Numbered from the stretch's first letter, positions 1 to 14,365 are shown. The stretch: 64,000 bases of DNA from Botryllus schlosseri (GCA_051294905.1 CM119373.1:4094001-4158000), one strand, 5' to 3'. Made by a program: numbers and translations. Notes: generated by a model not told the origin, from the letters alone.

Positions 1-541
1 AGCGCTAGGAAGAATGACAAATAATATTTCCCAGCATTAAATGCGCCGAATTGAATGCTTTTGCTGTGCCTAACCTTTTGGTGCACGGCACTACTGTGTA
101 CAGCATGGTATTAAGTTTATTTAGATATCGTGAGTCAATGTCCAGGTTGCCGGTTCACCGGCCCACAAAACCTGGTTCAAATGTTACCGATCCACCAAGC
201 TAAAAAGGCTGGAACCACTACGGTTCACTCAATCATCAATATGACTTTTGCAGAGTGGACATCTTCCGATAAGGATAGAATATAGTGTGTGGGAAGATTT
301 TGTGCGACTGGTAACGATATTTCAATTATTGACACTTACGTGCTAAAAAGTTGAAGATTTGAGTGAGATCTACATGTATCCGAATCCTAGATCAATGCAT
401 AAACAGTAGGGCTGTTCAAAAATAACTATTTTTTTCGGATTCCAGCCATTCACTGATTAAATTAAGTTATGTGAGTTTTTCGTTGATAAATCGCGGATTA
501 TCCACCGATCAAATATAATCCGAGGATTATCGTCGACAAAC

Positions 542-1490
542 TCGGCATTCTGCAATTACTGTGTTCATATAAAGTTTTGACCTTATCTCTTTCCGGGTGC
601 AGTGCGTCATGAACTCAAGCTTCTGCGAGTCTCGTTGACTTGATCTGGTCTATTCCGGTCAAAATCACAGTCAATTTCCAGGCAATTTGATGAACGTGTA
701 GGCCCTACGTCTTTCAGGACTTCACTGCGACTGTTCTGTTCATGGTAATCTCCCGCATGCAAACCTTGATAACCTAGCCTAGACGTTCACGTTGGCGAAA
801 TAACATTAGTACATTCATGTATGTGAACGATTCCGATGACCTTGGCGCTCATCGATGAATTTCTCACACCTTCAGACCAATACTGCAGTCGGAGCTACAT
901 TAATGGACGCTGGGTCACGCATGGAAACTGCGAGGTGAGTAGTCGAAATTAGAGAGGTCGTATTTGATACAAGATTTGCTGAATATAACAGGGACTGGCG
1001 TTTGCATACCTTAAATCCATGGCAGTTATGGTATCATCTATCTGTCACATGCACACTGGTTCCCTTCTTGAAAGGCATGTCTGCAACACTCTAACCTGAT
1101 GTTCTGACTTCAAACTTACAAATAATGTGTCATCATTTTACACTGCTCTACCAACAAAAGCGTCCGGTCTGGATTTTGGTGATTGATCAAGGCGGAGAAT
1201 GATTTTTGATATTTGTAATCCGATATTGAAGGAGCTGTGTCCTACGAAACACTGCGGTAACTAGGCATACGGTACCGCTACTCATTGGACGACATTCATA
1301 CATGAATATTTGTGTGTGAATCTTTTTTACCAGTGCCAACCCATTTCAATTGTTGTTGTTTTCCTCTACCTTGATATACATGACTGGACGTTGTACGCTG
1401 AGTACTGGTATCACCCGCCAACTTACCGTAGCTATACACCACCGTAGCATATACGTGGTGTGGTATGGTACCGCTCGTGAAAATATTTTA
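542..1490. repeat. Diverged duplicated segment, copy 1 (uninterrupted); copy 2 is at ~55301-55611 plus 63345-64000
   Basis: CGGCATTCTGCAATT..GTGTTCATATAAAG...AAACCTTGATAACCTAGCCTAG (542-783) recurs at 55301-55554. TTGGCGCT..ATCGATGAATTT...CAGACCAATACTGCAGTCGGAG...GGTACCGCTCGTGAA (842-1481) recurs at 63345-63982. Both have scattered substitutions and small indels. Confidence 0.9.
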
Positions 1491-2872
1491 GAGGCTGGAA
1501 TACCTTGACTTTCTGAAGAAAATGTCTGCTGCCAAAACTGCACTGCCCCTTCCACAACAGCGACGTCACAATGTCTTAGTCGAAGATTGGAGCTGCGAAG
1601 GCGACATTCACTCCTATCTGGCTACGCCAAAGTTCAACAATGTGATATCTATTTTCCAGGACGAATCATCTCTTCAAAGTATCATGAGTGACTTGACCAA
1701 ACTAGCAGAAAAAGAAAATGCTCGAGCTCAGCAGTCAGGTTATATTCCATTCCACTGATATTTTAGTCCGACACCCTGGTTATACCAGTGATTCCTATGA
1801 TAAAGTAGTTCTTTACCTTTTTTTCTCCCAGCGCTTCCTTTAAGATATTTACATGGTTTTGCGACCCCCCATATTTTAAATACTGTACTTAAGAGATTCC
1901 GGCTGATTTTTGCGGGTTTGGAAATATTTCGTGCATGAATCGACACCGATGACCACTCAACTAATTAACGATCTAATAATTTTTTCACTATTTTTGGGAT
2001 CAAGTCAAGGTTCTTGTCACAAATGTGGGGCACGGGCTCATACCTCATACCCAATGTACACACGCCGATTCGGTGGCGTTGTATTTTGTAGCTCTCGAAG
2101 ACCAGGATATTCAGTTGGTCATTTTGGTCAGAGACGTTCAAATCGTGTCTATTGTACAAATGGCTCTCGCTCTCAAAAGTTGTATATAACAACGCCTCCA
2201 GATTTCGAGACGCAGTGTGCTGCAATATCTAATACCTAGTTCAAACCATGTTGTCAGGCAAACCTCTATCTAATAAGGTGATCGAACTGTGTTAATGAGG
2301 TTTTGCTATCGGAAATTACGCGCATGAAGCGGAAAAACACATTTTAGATGAAGCATAGTAACTTTGCATTCGCGGAAACACTAAATATATAGTCGGTATA
2401 TTTCGCTCAAGCCGCGTCGAAAATTTTGATGTTTGATTAAATTTGTTCGGCATGAATGAATGGATGAATTTTGCAACGATATCTCAATCATATATAGAAC
2501 TATAGAACTCTGTATCCCTATAAACAACCACTACACCACCTGTGCTGTTACGTCATTTTTTCAGCGCCCCCATAACTTCCCAGCGCCACCATAGCGCCAA
2601 TGAGAGGGCTGGTGACGTAGTTAAGAACCACTGATCTAGTACATCCTGATGAAATATTTCTGAAGCTAATCCATATCCCTATGCGTTAGCTTGTACTGTG
2701 AAAGTGTATACCTATCAATTCTTGCCTCGCCCACCACTTGTCATAGCTTAAGCACTGTAGCTTTGTAGTAATGTTGGCTATCCTTTATGTAATGTCAAAT
2801 ATATTATTCTTATAGTAATTTATTTTCATGTGTGTTATTCTGTGCTCACTGATTTCAATATGTGTTGTAAGA

Positions 2873-2977
2873 TGGATGTTTTGACTTCAGTATCGTCGAC
2901 AGCATCCTATAGCGACTCTGCCGTGACTGAATTGATTGCGGGCACATCACGAACACGAGCTGGTGACGCTAAAGTCG
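2873..2977 (+). CDS. Putative upstream S/T-rich exon of the EGF-pentraxin gene (5' boundary uncertain)
   Basis: Open frame MDVLTSVSSTASYSDSAVTELIAGTSRTRAGDAKV ends at a phase-1 donor G|GTGAGT, compatible with the phase-1 downstream exons. Confidence 0.4.
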
Positions 2978-4388
2978 GTGAGTTGGCTGCATGCAGTAAT
3001 TTTCATGGTAATATACAGAGGTATAATCAGTATGTGGCCGGGAAAACAATTCATTTGTGGCGAAAATTGTCGCATAATCCTGAAGAGAAGAGACAGTTGG
3101 CCTACACTTATGAGGTGGAAATCAGTATAGTAACAGTGTTTCTTGACGGTTAGAGCGCGTGCACCCCTTGAGATTTCAATATTATATCTCGCAACTAGCA
3201 CTTTATCAGGCTGCAACCTAACGCAGATCGTGAGTCTTTATAGTTTTTAACGCACAACATTTGTTACGGACTATTTAATCACCATCCGTTATACAACTAT
3301 TCACAAACAATCTGACAAAACAAACTCTTTCCGTATCGAATGCAACCATGGATAAAGCAATTCACTAACGCAATAATTAATTGTCTATTTATTTTCATCT
3401 ACCTACCATGCATTGGGTGTCTTACCTGCGTGGATTTATTTTAAGGTTAATGCAAGAATTTTGCCAATGATATTGGTACTTGCATATAGGCCTACATTAC
3501 TATTATTTTTTTTAAATCCTCTTTCAGCGCACGTGATCAGATTTACATGTTGAGCAGACGGAGGTGATAATTAGCGCGATTTGTTTTACCTAAAAAACGG
3601 AAGATTTTGACCTAAAAATTAAAATTTCTATAATATTTTATTTTAATAAATATGATTTTGACAAAATTTTGACCTCATGGATGTAAATTATGGATTTTCG
3701 CCCATAATGTTAGAATTGTGCTACTTCTCTTCCTTTCTGGTTGGAACCGTATGTTCTTCTGAAAAAAAATGACTTAGAAACTGGTATATTTTTGCATGAA
3801 AACCTTTATTCTAACAAAATCTGGACCTATGGAGAATTTCAGTAGTCACATCACGCATTATGGTCAACACCATGTCAACCTATCTGATCGTTTATGATTC
3901 ACAATGAGAAGACAATGGGCCGTTAACAACGATAGGCCTGTGAAGTAGGCCACAAGCAGTAGAATGTGGAATGATAAGATCACCGATAGTGCAAACATGT
4001 ACGATACAAACTAAATGCAGGTTGCAAAAAAATTGACATTGTAAACAGTTTTGACAATTTTTCGTCCTAACGCTACAAATTTGCCAATATTTTGACTTAT
4101 TTTGACGTGTCAAAAACAAATAGAAATCACCCTAGTGATGATCCATATAGGAACGCACACTTCGTTTCTCCACCACCGAATCCAACTATAATACAGTCAT
4201 ACGAATATTAGCGCGTAGTACTATCCCGGTCGCATTGATACTCAAGCTTGACTCTATTTACGATTCACACAATTCTGCAGCAATTTATTCATTTGTTGTT
4301 ATCCGGCATAGTGACTTTCCGAACAACGAAGTCTCCAGACCTAAAACATAACATGGTAAGTCTATAGGCAATATTCTGCATATTTCAG

Positions 4389-4472
4389 GGACAGATGCAG
4401 GTGGAATTTCTGTTATGACACCTAGCGCAACTAAAATGCTGGATCTTACGTCTCCACAGTCCAACGGAGGCG
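4389..4472 (+). CDS. Internal exon (S/T-rich linker) of the EGF-pentraxin gene
   Basis: Acceptor ATTTCAG|, donor G|GTGAGT, phase 1-1. Reads TDAGGISVMTPSATKMLDLTSPQSNGG and splices in frame to the D-P-D-E-C start of the next exon. Confidence 0.65.
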
Positions 4473-4669
4473 GTGAGTATAGTTTCATTATCTTGTTCTA
4501 AGAGTTTTACTCTTTAAAAAAATGATCGTATATTTTAAATCGCTCATAGATCAAAAATGGAAGGAATCAATCAAACTTTCTGCTGGCACCTTGTCTAGTG
4601 ACACTTGCTGTTTTGACACTGCTTTTATAAACGCGAATAGCTTTACATTCATCAGTCATCTGTATTCAG

Positions 4670-4792
4670 ACCCGGATGAATGCGACAACGGTACGGATAC
4701 ATGCGATAAGAACGCCACTTGTCAAAACACTTCCGCGTCATTCAATTGCACCTGTGATACTGGATACGCCGGAAACGAAACTCCATGTTTTG
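4670..4792 (+). CDS. Exon encoding calcium-binding EGF-like domain 1
   Basis: DPDECDNGTDTCDKNATCQNTSASFNCTCDTGYAGNETPC has the six-Cys cbEGF pattern. Acceptor TATTCAG|, donor G|GTTAGT, phase 1-1. Confidence 0.9.
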
Positions 4793-4862
4793 GTTAGTAG
4801 TCATACTAAAGTGGCACGGACTTAATCTTCCCGTAAAGTACTGCAATAACTCACTCTCTCAG

Positions 4863-4985
4863 ATAATAGCGAGTGCAATACAGAACTACATGACTGTGAT
4901 GCGAATGCTATCTGTCATAACACCGATGGGTCTTACACGTGCACCTGCAAGTTTGGCTTCACTGGAAATGGAATAAACTGCACAA
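4863..4985 (+). CDS. Exon encoding calcium-binding EGF-like domain 2
   Basis: DNSECNTELHDCDANAICHNTDGSYTCTCKFGFTGNGINCT, cbEGF consensus. Acceptor CTCTCTCAG|, donor A|GTTCGT, phase 1-1. Confidence 0.9.
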
Positions 4986-5275
4986 GTTCGTATATATTTT
5001 TTCAGTTTGATAGCTTTGTAGGGGCACTGCACTCTAAATGTGACGTGGTCAATATAAAGTTGAAGCGAGAAAACATGATTGGCAATAATCACTTTCATCA
5101 GAAACTTACTGCTTTTAAATTGCAGCGAAAATATTTGCACGAGTGATTCCAATGAGCTCTAGCAATCTCAGTGGTCTATCGAGATCAGTCGCCATCAGGC
5201 ATCGTCACTTCTTAACCGTTCGAGAAATCTCTGACATGTATGTGTTCAGAGTGGCTGTTTCTAGGCGTCACCTAC

Positions 5276-5702
5276 CAGAGATGAGCGGATTTGAAATTTC
5301 TATGTCCTAATCCAATCCAAATCCGAACCTTCAAATCCAAATCCAAATCCTAATCCATAACTTTTACATATTAAAGTCCATGTCCAATCCTAATCCGATT
5401 CCTACTGGAAATTCAGAAAAAATACTAATTCATGCAATGGAGGGATTCGAAAATATTCTTTCACAACCAACGATTCACTTGATTCAAGATAACTTAGTGA
5501 CCTTAAGTACAATAATAACTGATCTGAATAAAGTTTGTCGCCATTCACCACACGACATTTCAATCTCCCAGAAAATAGGTCAATCCAATCCAAATCCTAA
5601 TCCGTTCTGAAAAAAATGTCTAATTCAAATCCAATCCAAATCCGAGAAAATTTCACAAATCCTGTTTTTTCAAAACCTAATCCTAATCCATGCTCATCTC
5701 TG
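5276..5702. mobile_element. hAT-type MITE (intronic)
   Basis: TIR CAGAGATGAGC.../...GCTCATCTCTG. 8-bp TSD TCACCTAC at 5268-5275 and 5703-5710. Subterminal AATCC(A/T) repeats. Confidence 0.85.
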
Positions 5703-8700
5703 TCACCTACGCCTCTTTAGGAACTGCGTCACCCATTTTGCTAGAGCAAACACTGTCATTGCAACTTGCTCCACCAATAAATTGTGGGGTTGGGGGTTTA
5801 ACTGCTAAGTTCCCGCTTGACATTCGCGCGAAACAAATAGCACGAACCCCTGCAGCCTCTGATCCGTTGTCCACCGGTTATACGTTGTAGGAACCAGTTA
5901 TAGGGTGACCCGCGGTTCGAACCCGGAGGTTGCATATTGCGAGAGTATAGAAAACTATCGCCACGTCGGCCTTTGATACGATATGCCAAAATTGATATGT
6001 TTATCAAAGGTGATCCGGCAATATTACCCAGTTAATCCGAAATCGAGAAATTTTACGAGAGGGTCGCACCAAACCAAATCACAATCGTCAGTCACGAATC
6101 ATCAACGGGTCATGTTTTATCATAATGAACTAGAAATGTGACGTAATAGCTGAATATCTACCGCATGGTAGCTTTTAAAAGTGATGTGATAGTGAGGTTT
6201 GGTGAGATTTCAGTGATTTTTATAGTAGTTTTAGCGTGAACTTCAAGTTCCTATATCTAAAAAAGATATATGGCACTTGAATATATTTTGAATCCTTGAA
6301 ATTCCAAAATGCCGTCGCGGGCCGCACAAAATGCTCTCGCGAGCCGCGTGTTTGAGACCTCTGCTATAATAACTTTCACGCAAACTGCCGTTTGTTCGTC
6401 ATAATGAATCAGTTATGTTGCGTATTGGGCACATGGCACGACACAATGCAGTGGGTGAATCCTGGTCATTTCATACGCAGAGAATGCTTAACTTTGTATG
6501 CGGAAACAACTATCCACTATATGCTGCTTTGTACTTTATAATTAAAAAATCGCAACTCATTCCATTTGTTTAGATTTTAGAATGATTGATGCCATTTACA
6601 TATGTGCTTGTGCAACGGTGGAAACCGGTGAAATTGTGGATTTACAGATTTTCATCATGGCGTGGGGTGGGGTGTAAATCGGGTTATTGGCACTTTTTGT
6701 TACAGCATGAAACTTTCACGACGATACCCATATCGAATACATCGTGGGTGCGGAGAAATTCAGAGACGCATTTTAGTTATAAGTCGGTCTCCACACATAT
6801 ACCCGTTGGTTTACATCAGTGCTCTCCAAATTTTTTGGATGATTTTATCATTTCGACCATTTTACTGAGCTAACGTACCGCCTCGTTATATCTACCCGAA
6901 CAGAGACTGATAGCTCGAAAGTGCTGCGAGCCGAGATCAGTTTGGCACGTGTTGTATGACGCGAAGGCAAGATTTGGCAGGCTGATTTGGTAGAAACTTT
7001 TGAAATCGTGACAATGCTAGTTAATTTTATCTTTCTTTAATGAATTATTTTTGTTCAAAGCTCTCAAAGTTCGTCCATTGTTGAAAATGAGCTCTGCGAG
7101 CTTTTGAGAGTATATGAAGCTCTGTTGGCTTGACTCGCAGTTGAACGATGGCTACCATCGTTGCATGTCTGATAACTTTCAACCACGGGCCATAGTTGAG
7201 AATACGAGGCGAGCAATCGAACGTACTAGATTGTTTGTGGAATTAGGTCATTTCTACATCGATGATACTCAGTATCCGGGACCACGAAACCAAACGTTAC
7301 ATGGATGCAAAGCAAATTAGAAATTGTGATCTAAATATTTTTTCAATTCATGAATGTATATGCCTGGGACCTATCATATCCGAAAGATTTTCAGCTTCTG
7401 GCTTTCGTTCAACATGTGGTAATAGGTGACAAAAGTGCTCAATATGTGTCTATCAGATTGGCTGATTTCTTTTTAAGATTTCAACAATCAGCTCCAGAAT
7501 AAGACTTTTTCCGGGTTTCTCACTATCGTTCTTTGAGTAGTACTTCACAAGTACGTTAGATCGTACAAATCCTGTGAGGTTAAGTTCCTCTCCGCATTCG
7601 TTTATTGAGTATAGTACTTTGGAGTACGTTTTAGTACTTGTACTAATTATGTTACATAATCCAAATTCTGTAATTAGTTTTTTTCTAATTCTAAATTAAA
7701 AAATTCGGCTCTAATTTATGCTGATGCAAGTCCTATTTCTTGCCTTCAATTTCATTGCGTTTACTTGTTGATTTCTTTGCACGTTCATTTTTCCGTTTAT
7801 AATAAAATGTTCCATGCGGGATTCGAACAGTTTTAGATGTCGTCGAGTACACCAGGTGGTTTTAGTGTTATTTCGAGGACAGATTATTTAGTATTCTATA
7901 TCAGGCCGCATTGAGGTATCACCTAGATCGGAAACACCTAAATACGGAAACACCTATATATGGAAACACCTAAATATAAAGCACAATCGACATCATCTAG
8001 GACATTTTTCGTGGGATCTTTTTTGACGAAAAAAGTGTTGTCTTTTCTGATTTCAATGACATGAAAAAACTTACAGTGTATAGGTTGGCGTGCCTCACCT
8101 GAGATGTTCCCTTTGTCCACTAGTGTTTATTGAACCAAATGTACTATCATAAAGGCGCCGAGTTACTGGGTGGCGGGGTGGCGCAGCCACCCCACGAAAC
8201 ATTTATTGTGATCCGTGATTAGTAATGAGACTATCGAAGCAACCTCGTTTACGACGTCGATTGCGACACGCTTGCGCTGAGAAACACCATCTTCTCTCTC
8301 GGCCAGACGAGTGAATTCACGTTCTCCTTCTCTTAATTAATTCGTATTTGCGCCCTATTTGTTTACAAAATTATTTTTGAGTTAGTTCCGTGAAAGTCTC
8401 TTCAATTGAAGGCATGGAGCGCGAAATATGACGGTGTGTTTGTGTATGCCTGCGAGCTGAAAGTCATTTCTGCGCAGAGTGCGCATATTCATTACTCTAA
8501 CAAGGCTTTGCCAACTTTTTCGGGAAATGCAACAATGCAGCTCAAACATCGTTATAATGAGCAAACAATTGTCGCGATGTCAGAATTGGAACCCCATTGT
8601 GCTGTACGCAAGTTGAGGAATTACTGATTCGATGCGCGCTTTCTCGTTTGCTATAGTCTGTAGGCTACGAATTCTTGTCTGCTTTATACACTCGTATTCC

Positions 8701-10948
8701 CTCGGTGTCACTTGACAGAGTTTAATTTGTTATCAATACTGCGTATTGTGCAGTGTATGGCGTTGACTTACGTTGTCAAAAATTGATGCAACACGAGACT
8801 CTCGGTGGCGCAAATTCCTAACTTATTCGATTAGTTTGAACGGGAAACTTTTATGTTCCAATAAACTTCATTGCTGGACGGACTCTATCGAGCGCAACCG
8901 TATCGCGGATCGAATTTCAAACCTTTGGGATAAGTATTTCTATTGATAAGGTTGCGGCATGCGCCATATTGCTCTTACTGCAATAAAACTTGGATAATTA
9001 AAAGCGCACCATTTTACGATCAGATTCGACTGGCTGATCGGGGCCTACGTAGGCCGTAGGCTCCGGGTTGATATTAACCAGCGCGTTGTCGGCATAAAAA
9101 CCCCAGGTGCGCAATCAGGGCCATTTATAACCAGAAATCCCGTCCTTTTGAAATGCCAATTCACTAATTCGTATTATCGATGCTGCGTACTGCAAATTAA
9201 CGAGAATCATTTGTATGCGAAATAGGTCATCGATATCTCATCTACACAATCGTCGGTGGTTTGATTTAGCGCGTCCACATGCAGGCCTGCTATCGTCCGC
9301 AGAAACAGTTTCGCCAAAACAGTAACAATCTCCGAGTGTAATATTGTTTGTGTTTATGTATCTTTTTGATTCAAACTTATGCCCGTGTTTGAACAAATTG
9401 TGCTCGTTGCCATTGCCGAATCTGTGTATTTAGGTATGACTAGCGCACCCTGTAATTGTAATTAATGCAGGTTTGCGACCTGTATGCAATTTCGTTATCA
9501 GCGGAACTTTGCTGGCCGATTGTACAGTCAGATAAAATTGATCACTACTATGTATTTCGCACAGCGTACTGATGCTGATTTCAGCAAACTAACGATCCTT
9601 ATTAGATGTACAAATTCGACCTCATCGTTAGAAACGTAGATATCGTCGCGCGCTCTGAGAAACACTAATCACTATCTTCTATCGCGATTTGACGACCAAA
9701 TATACGTCTACCTTCTACAAATTAAAGTGCATTATTTGCATCGATGAGGGCCGTAAGCCGCATTTAAAATATTTTGTGAACCATTTTTGTGACAAGTATT
9801 CTCGGAGCGCAAGTTGAACAGTGTTTTATTGTATGGGCTTGCTCGTTGGAATTTATTCTATTGCCCATAATAATAATCCAATTATGCTTTGCGAACGTAA
9901 ATCGGGAAATGCAACAATGCAGTCCGTATCAATGTGTTAATCAACAACCAATTGTTGCGATGCGAGCTACTCAATATCAAGTAAAAACCCAATGTGTTGG
10001 CGAAGGGATAATTACTGATTGGCCGCGCGCATTTGTAATTATCATTCTTGTCTGTCTTTCGTGTTCCAGAATTGTCGCGCTGTGTTACTGCTCAGTCCAG
10101 CCACGAATGCCGAGTGTGCGGCAATCAATGACCTAATTTCGCAATCATCTCAGCGTGCGACGCGATATGTGAGCACTGTGCAGTGCACACTGTGCACAGA
10201 CGAATCTCGCTAATTGGTCACGGCCCGCGTTACACTGATATACGACTTGTTGAATACATCAGAATGGTCATTTCACAAGGACGGGGTTTTGCGTTTCAAA
10301 AAGGAGGGGGTTTCGACACCCTCTGGCTACACGCTTGCCGCCACCCCATGCCAAAATAAAAGTCGGTGATTAGCTCTCATTCACTGTTGCCTCTAAGCTA
10401 AGCGCGGGCGCGGCCGCGCACTGAAAGCCAAAATGATGACATTTTTTAGTCGTTGCGCACTGTTGACCAAGGGTCCGCGCAGTGAATTGGTGAGTGCGCG
10501 CAGACTCGTGAAAAATTACAGGAAACATTGCTCTCAATTCTAGGCATAAATTGAGGGGACGTATGTATGGAGGAGAAGGATGTATAGTTGGTATTATATG
10601 TAAACACAACCCAGCCATCCCATGTATGTGGCCAATAGATGGTATGTACCATGTGTCAGTGTGTCTCAGATGATAAGCATATATTTGAAAATTATTCATT
10701 TCCTACAGTGTCGCTGCATTTAGGTTTTTTGAAGTTAGACATTGAAACATTTTTCGAGACCGGAACGAATTGGGCAGTATACGAAACCAGGAAAATGTGC
10801 AGTTTGGAGCCTTTCCGAAAAAAATAGTTGACTCATAGTTCATATCGCCACACCTGCTTCTACTTACGTATCACTATATTGATTATTTTAACAGCCTATG
10901 GATATCACATGATAATGATTTAGTCGAACAACATTTATGTCATTTCAG

Positions 10949-11592
10949 CATGCAACAATTCTGTCTTCATCTTTCCGAAAGAAAATCACGAAGACTACGT
11001 TCTGTATCAACGTACTCTGTCGGGTATGGCGCCTTCCACCGTTTGTTTCTGGATACGATCGGTACATAAAATCAAGCCGGCAAAGGGATCAATTCTAAGT
11101 TACTGCACGCCGGATGCGCCATCCTGCAATACCATCGCAGTTTTTTTGGAGGGAACCAAAATAAAAACGATCATAAATGGCGGAATGCTGTACTTTGATA
11201 TGACTCGAAGAGTTATTGATAGGACATACACGTGTTTAGTCATGTCCAAGAATGCGGCAAGAATCTACATCAACGGTACCGAGTACGAAAAGATATATAA
11301 TATTCCAGCAGCCGTTGCTAGAGAAGGGGTGCTCATATTTGGTCAAAATCAAGATGGTAAGATCAATGGTGATATTCCTGGAGAACCGGTAAATCCTGAG
11401 CAGGGTTTTTACGGCCAGATCGGTGGGATCCATATCTGGGATAGAGTTCTCAACGCATCTCAGATTAACCGTACGACGAACTCCATACGATGTGGCCCTG
11501 TGGATGATGCGTTCGCGGTTATCAACCAATCGAATGCATGTGTGAAAGGACAAGTGAAGACTGACTTTATAGAAACTTGCTCGAATGTGTAA
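10949..11592 (+). CDS. Terminal exon encoding a pentraxin (LamG-like) domain
   Basis: Acceptor CATTTCAG|, phase 1. Reads CNNSVFIFPKENHEDYV...TVCFW...YING...LIFGQNQD...FYGQIGGIHIWDRVL, which are pentraxin motifs. Stop TAA at 11590-11592. In frame with the EGF exon ending at 4985. Confidence 0.88.
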
Positions 11593-12346
11593 CCCAATAC
11601 ACATCGATTGAAATCTACGTGGAAATACTTGTAGCTGATTCGGGAACCGTCTCGCCGAGCACACTTCAAGGAATTTCAGCTGTTAGTGCGATTCAGCTGT
11701 TTGCGATGATGATTTATATTAGCCTAATGGAGAACAGCGGTTCTGAAACACTTGTAGACATCCCTCCTTGATGACAGTGAAAAATTCCCCCCTTTTCTTG
11801 TGCAACCAGAATGTTTGCAATCCCAACAAATAGTTTGATGGCATGTAAGGTTGTGACTGTTGAGAGACTTCTCAAATACGAAATTCGGCTAAACACGGAG
11901 CAGTAATGACGAGAATAATTCAATTGAGTACTTTTGGGCTGTAATTAAATGCGCTTCATAACAGTGGCTTACGACAGAATGTGCCCTCAATGAGTGTACT
12001 CAGAATGGCTACTTCGAGATTGTAACCACTACGATTTAATCAGGTGTGGGCAACCGTTTTGCCATTCACGGCCTCATTTCGATTTCTGATGTAGTCCACG
12101 GCCGCATTCCAACACATAGCCGTAATGAACTAACTGGCCGCCAAATACCCATGTTAAAGTGGTCATGACCTATGCCGGCGAAGTCCGGATTAATGTGCTT
12201 TTTCATAGGATTATTATATGCACCCAAGTCGAGAATGGTCGTCTAATGAATAGCTAGTGGAATGCGACGTGGTCGCGCGATCCGGGAAAATTTATTCGGA
12301 TTCACAAATGAATTTCGCCATTAATATTAGTAGATTCACATATTAC

Positions 12347-14365
12347 CAGAGGTGGTCAGTAACGAAGTACTTCTACTTTTTCGAAGTACTCAAGTAGTTT
12401 TCTTCAACTTCTGGTACTTACACAAGTAGATCTTTTTTTCGCTACTTCTACTTCTACTTCGTAATATTTTGTGAACTACTTACTTACTTTTCGCTATTTT
12501 CAGTTTCTCAAGTAGAAGTAGTTTGATCCCCCAATAAGAAAGATAGCCGAAGGAATTTCGGAGCTGTGTTCAGGTAGTACCAACATTGAATATGCATAAA
12601 AGTCATATAATATCAGAATTTTCGTTGCGCTTCGCGCATAGTAGATATGGAGGGAAAAATATGTCTTAACGAAATTATCACTGAATATAATTTGGATACC
12701 GGGTTGGCGTGGTTCTGTTCCCACCGCATTGTCGCCTATATCAAATATTTAATCTCAGTAAGTATGCCACCCATAACGTTTGAAACTACCGTTTCGCAAA
12801 CTAGCAATTACCTGTTATACCTAGCAGCCCATGACGTGCCCTATTCTGGAATTGTGAACTTTGATTATTCGTTTAACGTTAGTACTGTTTTAGCAGACCA
12901 CCGTTGAAACTTTCTGGACAAAAGACATTAAATATAGTTTCCGCTTTTTAGAAGTAGTTTTTGCATTTTTATTTCAATTACGAGTATTATACGTTGCGTT
13001 CTAATTATAGTTTCAGTTCCTTTGCCTGGAGAACGTACATGTTGAAGTATAAAAGCAAGTGTAGTAATGCCTTATATTTTCCAAAAATAAAGCTATACAC
13101 TATATGACATTTTCACGAACTGCCATATTTTTAATTAACGTATACTAATCGCGCAAAGTGTTAAAGCCGTGTCCGACAAAACTTCTCCGCATTGCTTTTC
13201 GACTGAACTAGGGGCCGTATAATACGGGGAGGGGGTCGCCATACCATGATATTCTCTAAATGGGGTGTTCGAGTAAATCATTCAATCAATACTATCATTT
13301 ACATCCCATGATGTGGCCGACTTCTTATTCTGTCAAAAATTGACACTTCCTTGGATGCATCAATATGAATCAAGCTCTCTAAACCTTCCGCGTAGCCCAA
13401 TTCGCAGCTTTTGACACTCCATGCCAGGGGCCGGCAACTTTTCCAGTCGGCGGGCCGGATATAGGAAAACTATGTACTTGGCGGGCCGGATTGCTGAATC
13501 GACACATCATTCGCCGACAACGTGGATTTGAGAACAGCATTCTCATACAGGCACCGCCATGTCTGCTCCTCTCTGATCAACACACTAATTAGGATTTCAA
13601 GGCTTTCGATAAGCCCGGTACCCCATATTTACCAAGATATCACTTCATTAGAGCTGCGTAGGTGACGAGATAGCGTCGTTGTTCAACTGTGTGGCCTATT
13701 TTATCTCGATATTGAATTCATGCGGACCGCGGCTTCTACGACATTTGAAAAGTGGCCCGCGACCCGTTTTGAGTTGGAGACCCCTGGCATAAGCGGTGTC
13801 TTACAAAAGCCTAGAAGTGTGCCGTGCTACAAGTCGGCGGCTACAGAATCAAAAATAAGAAATATCGGCCTTGGTAAATGACCATTAGTCGACAAACACC
13901 ATGATTACCACAAACGATACTAGGATTGAGTACATCGTAAATGCCGATAATGCAAGCGTTCCGGCTTCGACGAACTTACGCGTAAGCTCCACTCGCGCAC
14001 TGCGCAAACATGTATATAACATGATACATTCACTAAAATTTGACGTAGTAAGCAAGTAGCGGGAAATATCGACAGACTGTAGCCGCGGGCCACATTATCA
14101 TATAAGACGGAAAACTGTCCGCGGGCCGGATCGGGCCCGCGTGCCGTATGTTGCCCACCCCGCTCCATGGGAACGAATTACGATCGTTTTCACAACTACT
14201 TACTTACTTGAGTAGATTTAAAGTCCGTTAATTCTACTTCTACTTCAAGTAGTTTTAGGTTGCTTATGTAAAAAGTACTTCTACTCGTACTTGAGTAGAT
14301 TTTTTTCGTCGCTACTTCTTCTTCTTCTAATTGAGTAGCATTTTTGACTACTCTGATCACCTCTG
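12347..14365. mobile_element. hAT (Ac-like) non-autonomous element
   Basis: TIR CAGAGGTGGTCA / TGATCACCTCTG. 8-bp TSD CATATTAC at 12339-12346 and 14366-14373. TACTT/AGTAG subterminal repeats at both ends. Confidence 0.85.
13425..14162. mobile_element. hAT (Charlie-like) MITE nested in 12347-14365
   Basis: Ends CAGGGGCCGGCAAC / GTTGCCCACCCCG. TSD CTCCATGC / CTCCATGG (7/8). GCGGGCCGG subterminal motifs. Confidence 0.7.

Noticed and set aside
6575..6873. Additional exon of the EGF-pentraxin gene
   Set aside because: No domain signature and no convincing phase-compatible splice pair.
8150..10370. Intronic TIR element bounded by GGTGGCGGGGTGGCG / GCCGCCACCCCA motifs
   Set aside because: Probably a decayed DNA transposon, but termini and TSD could not be defined.
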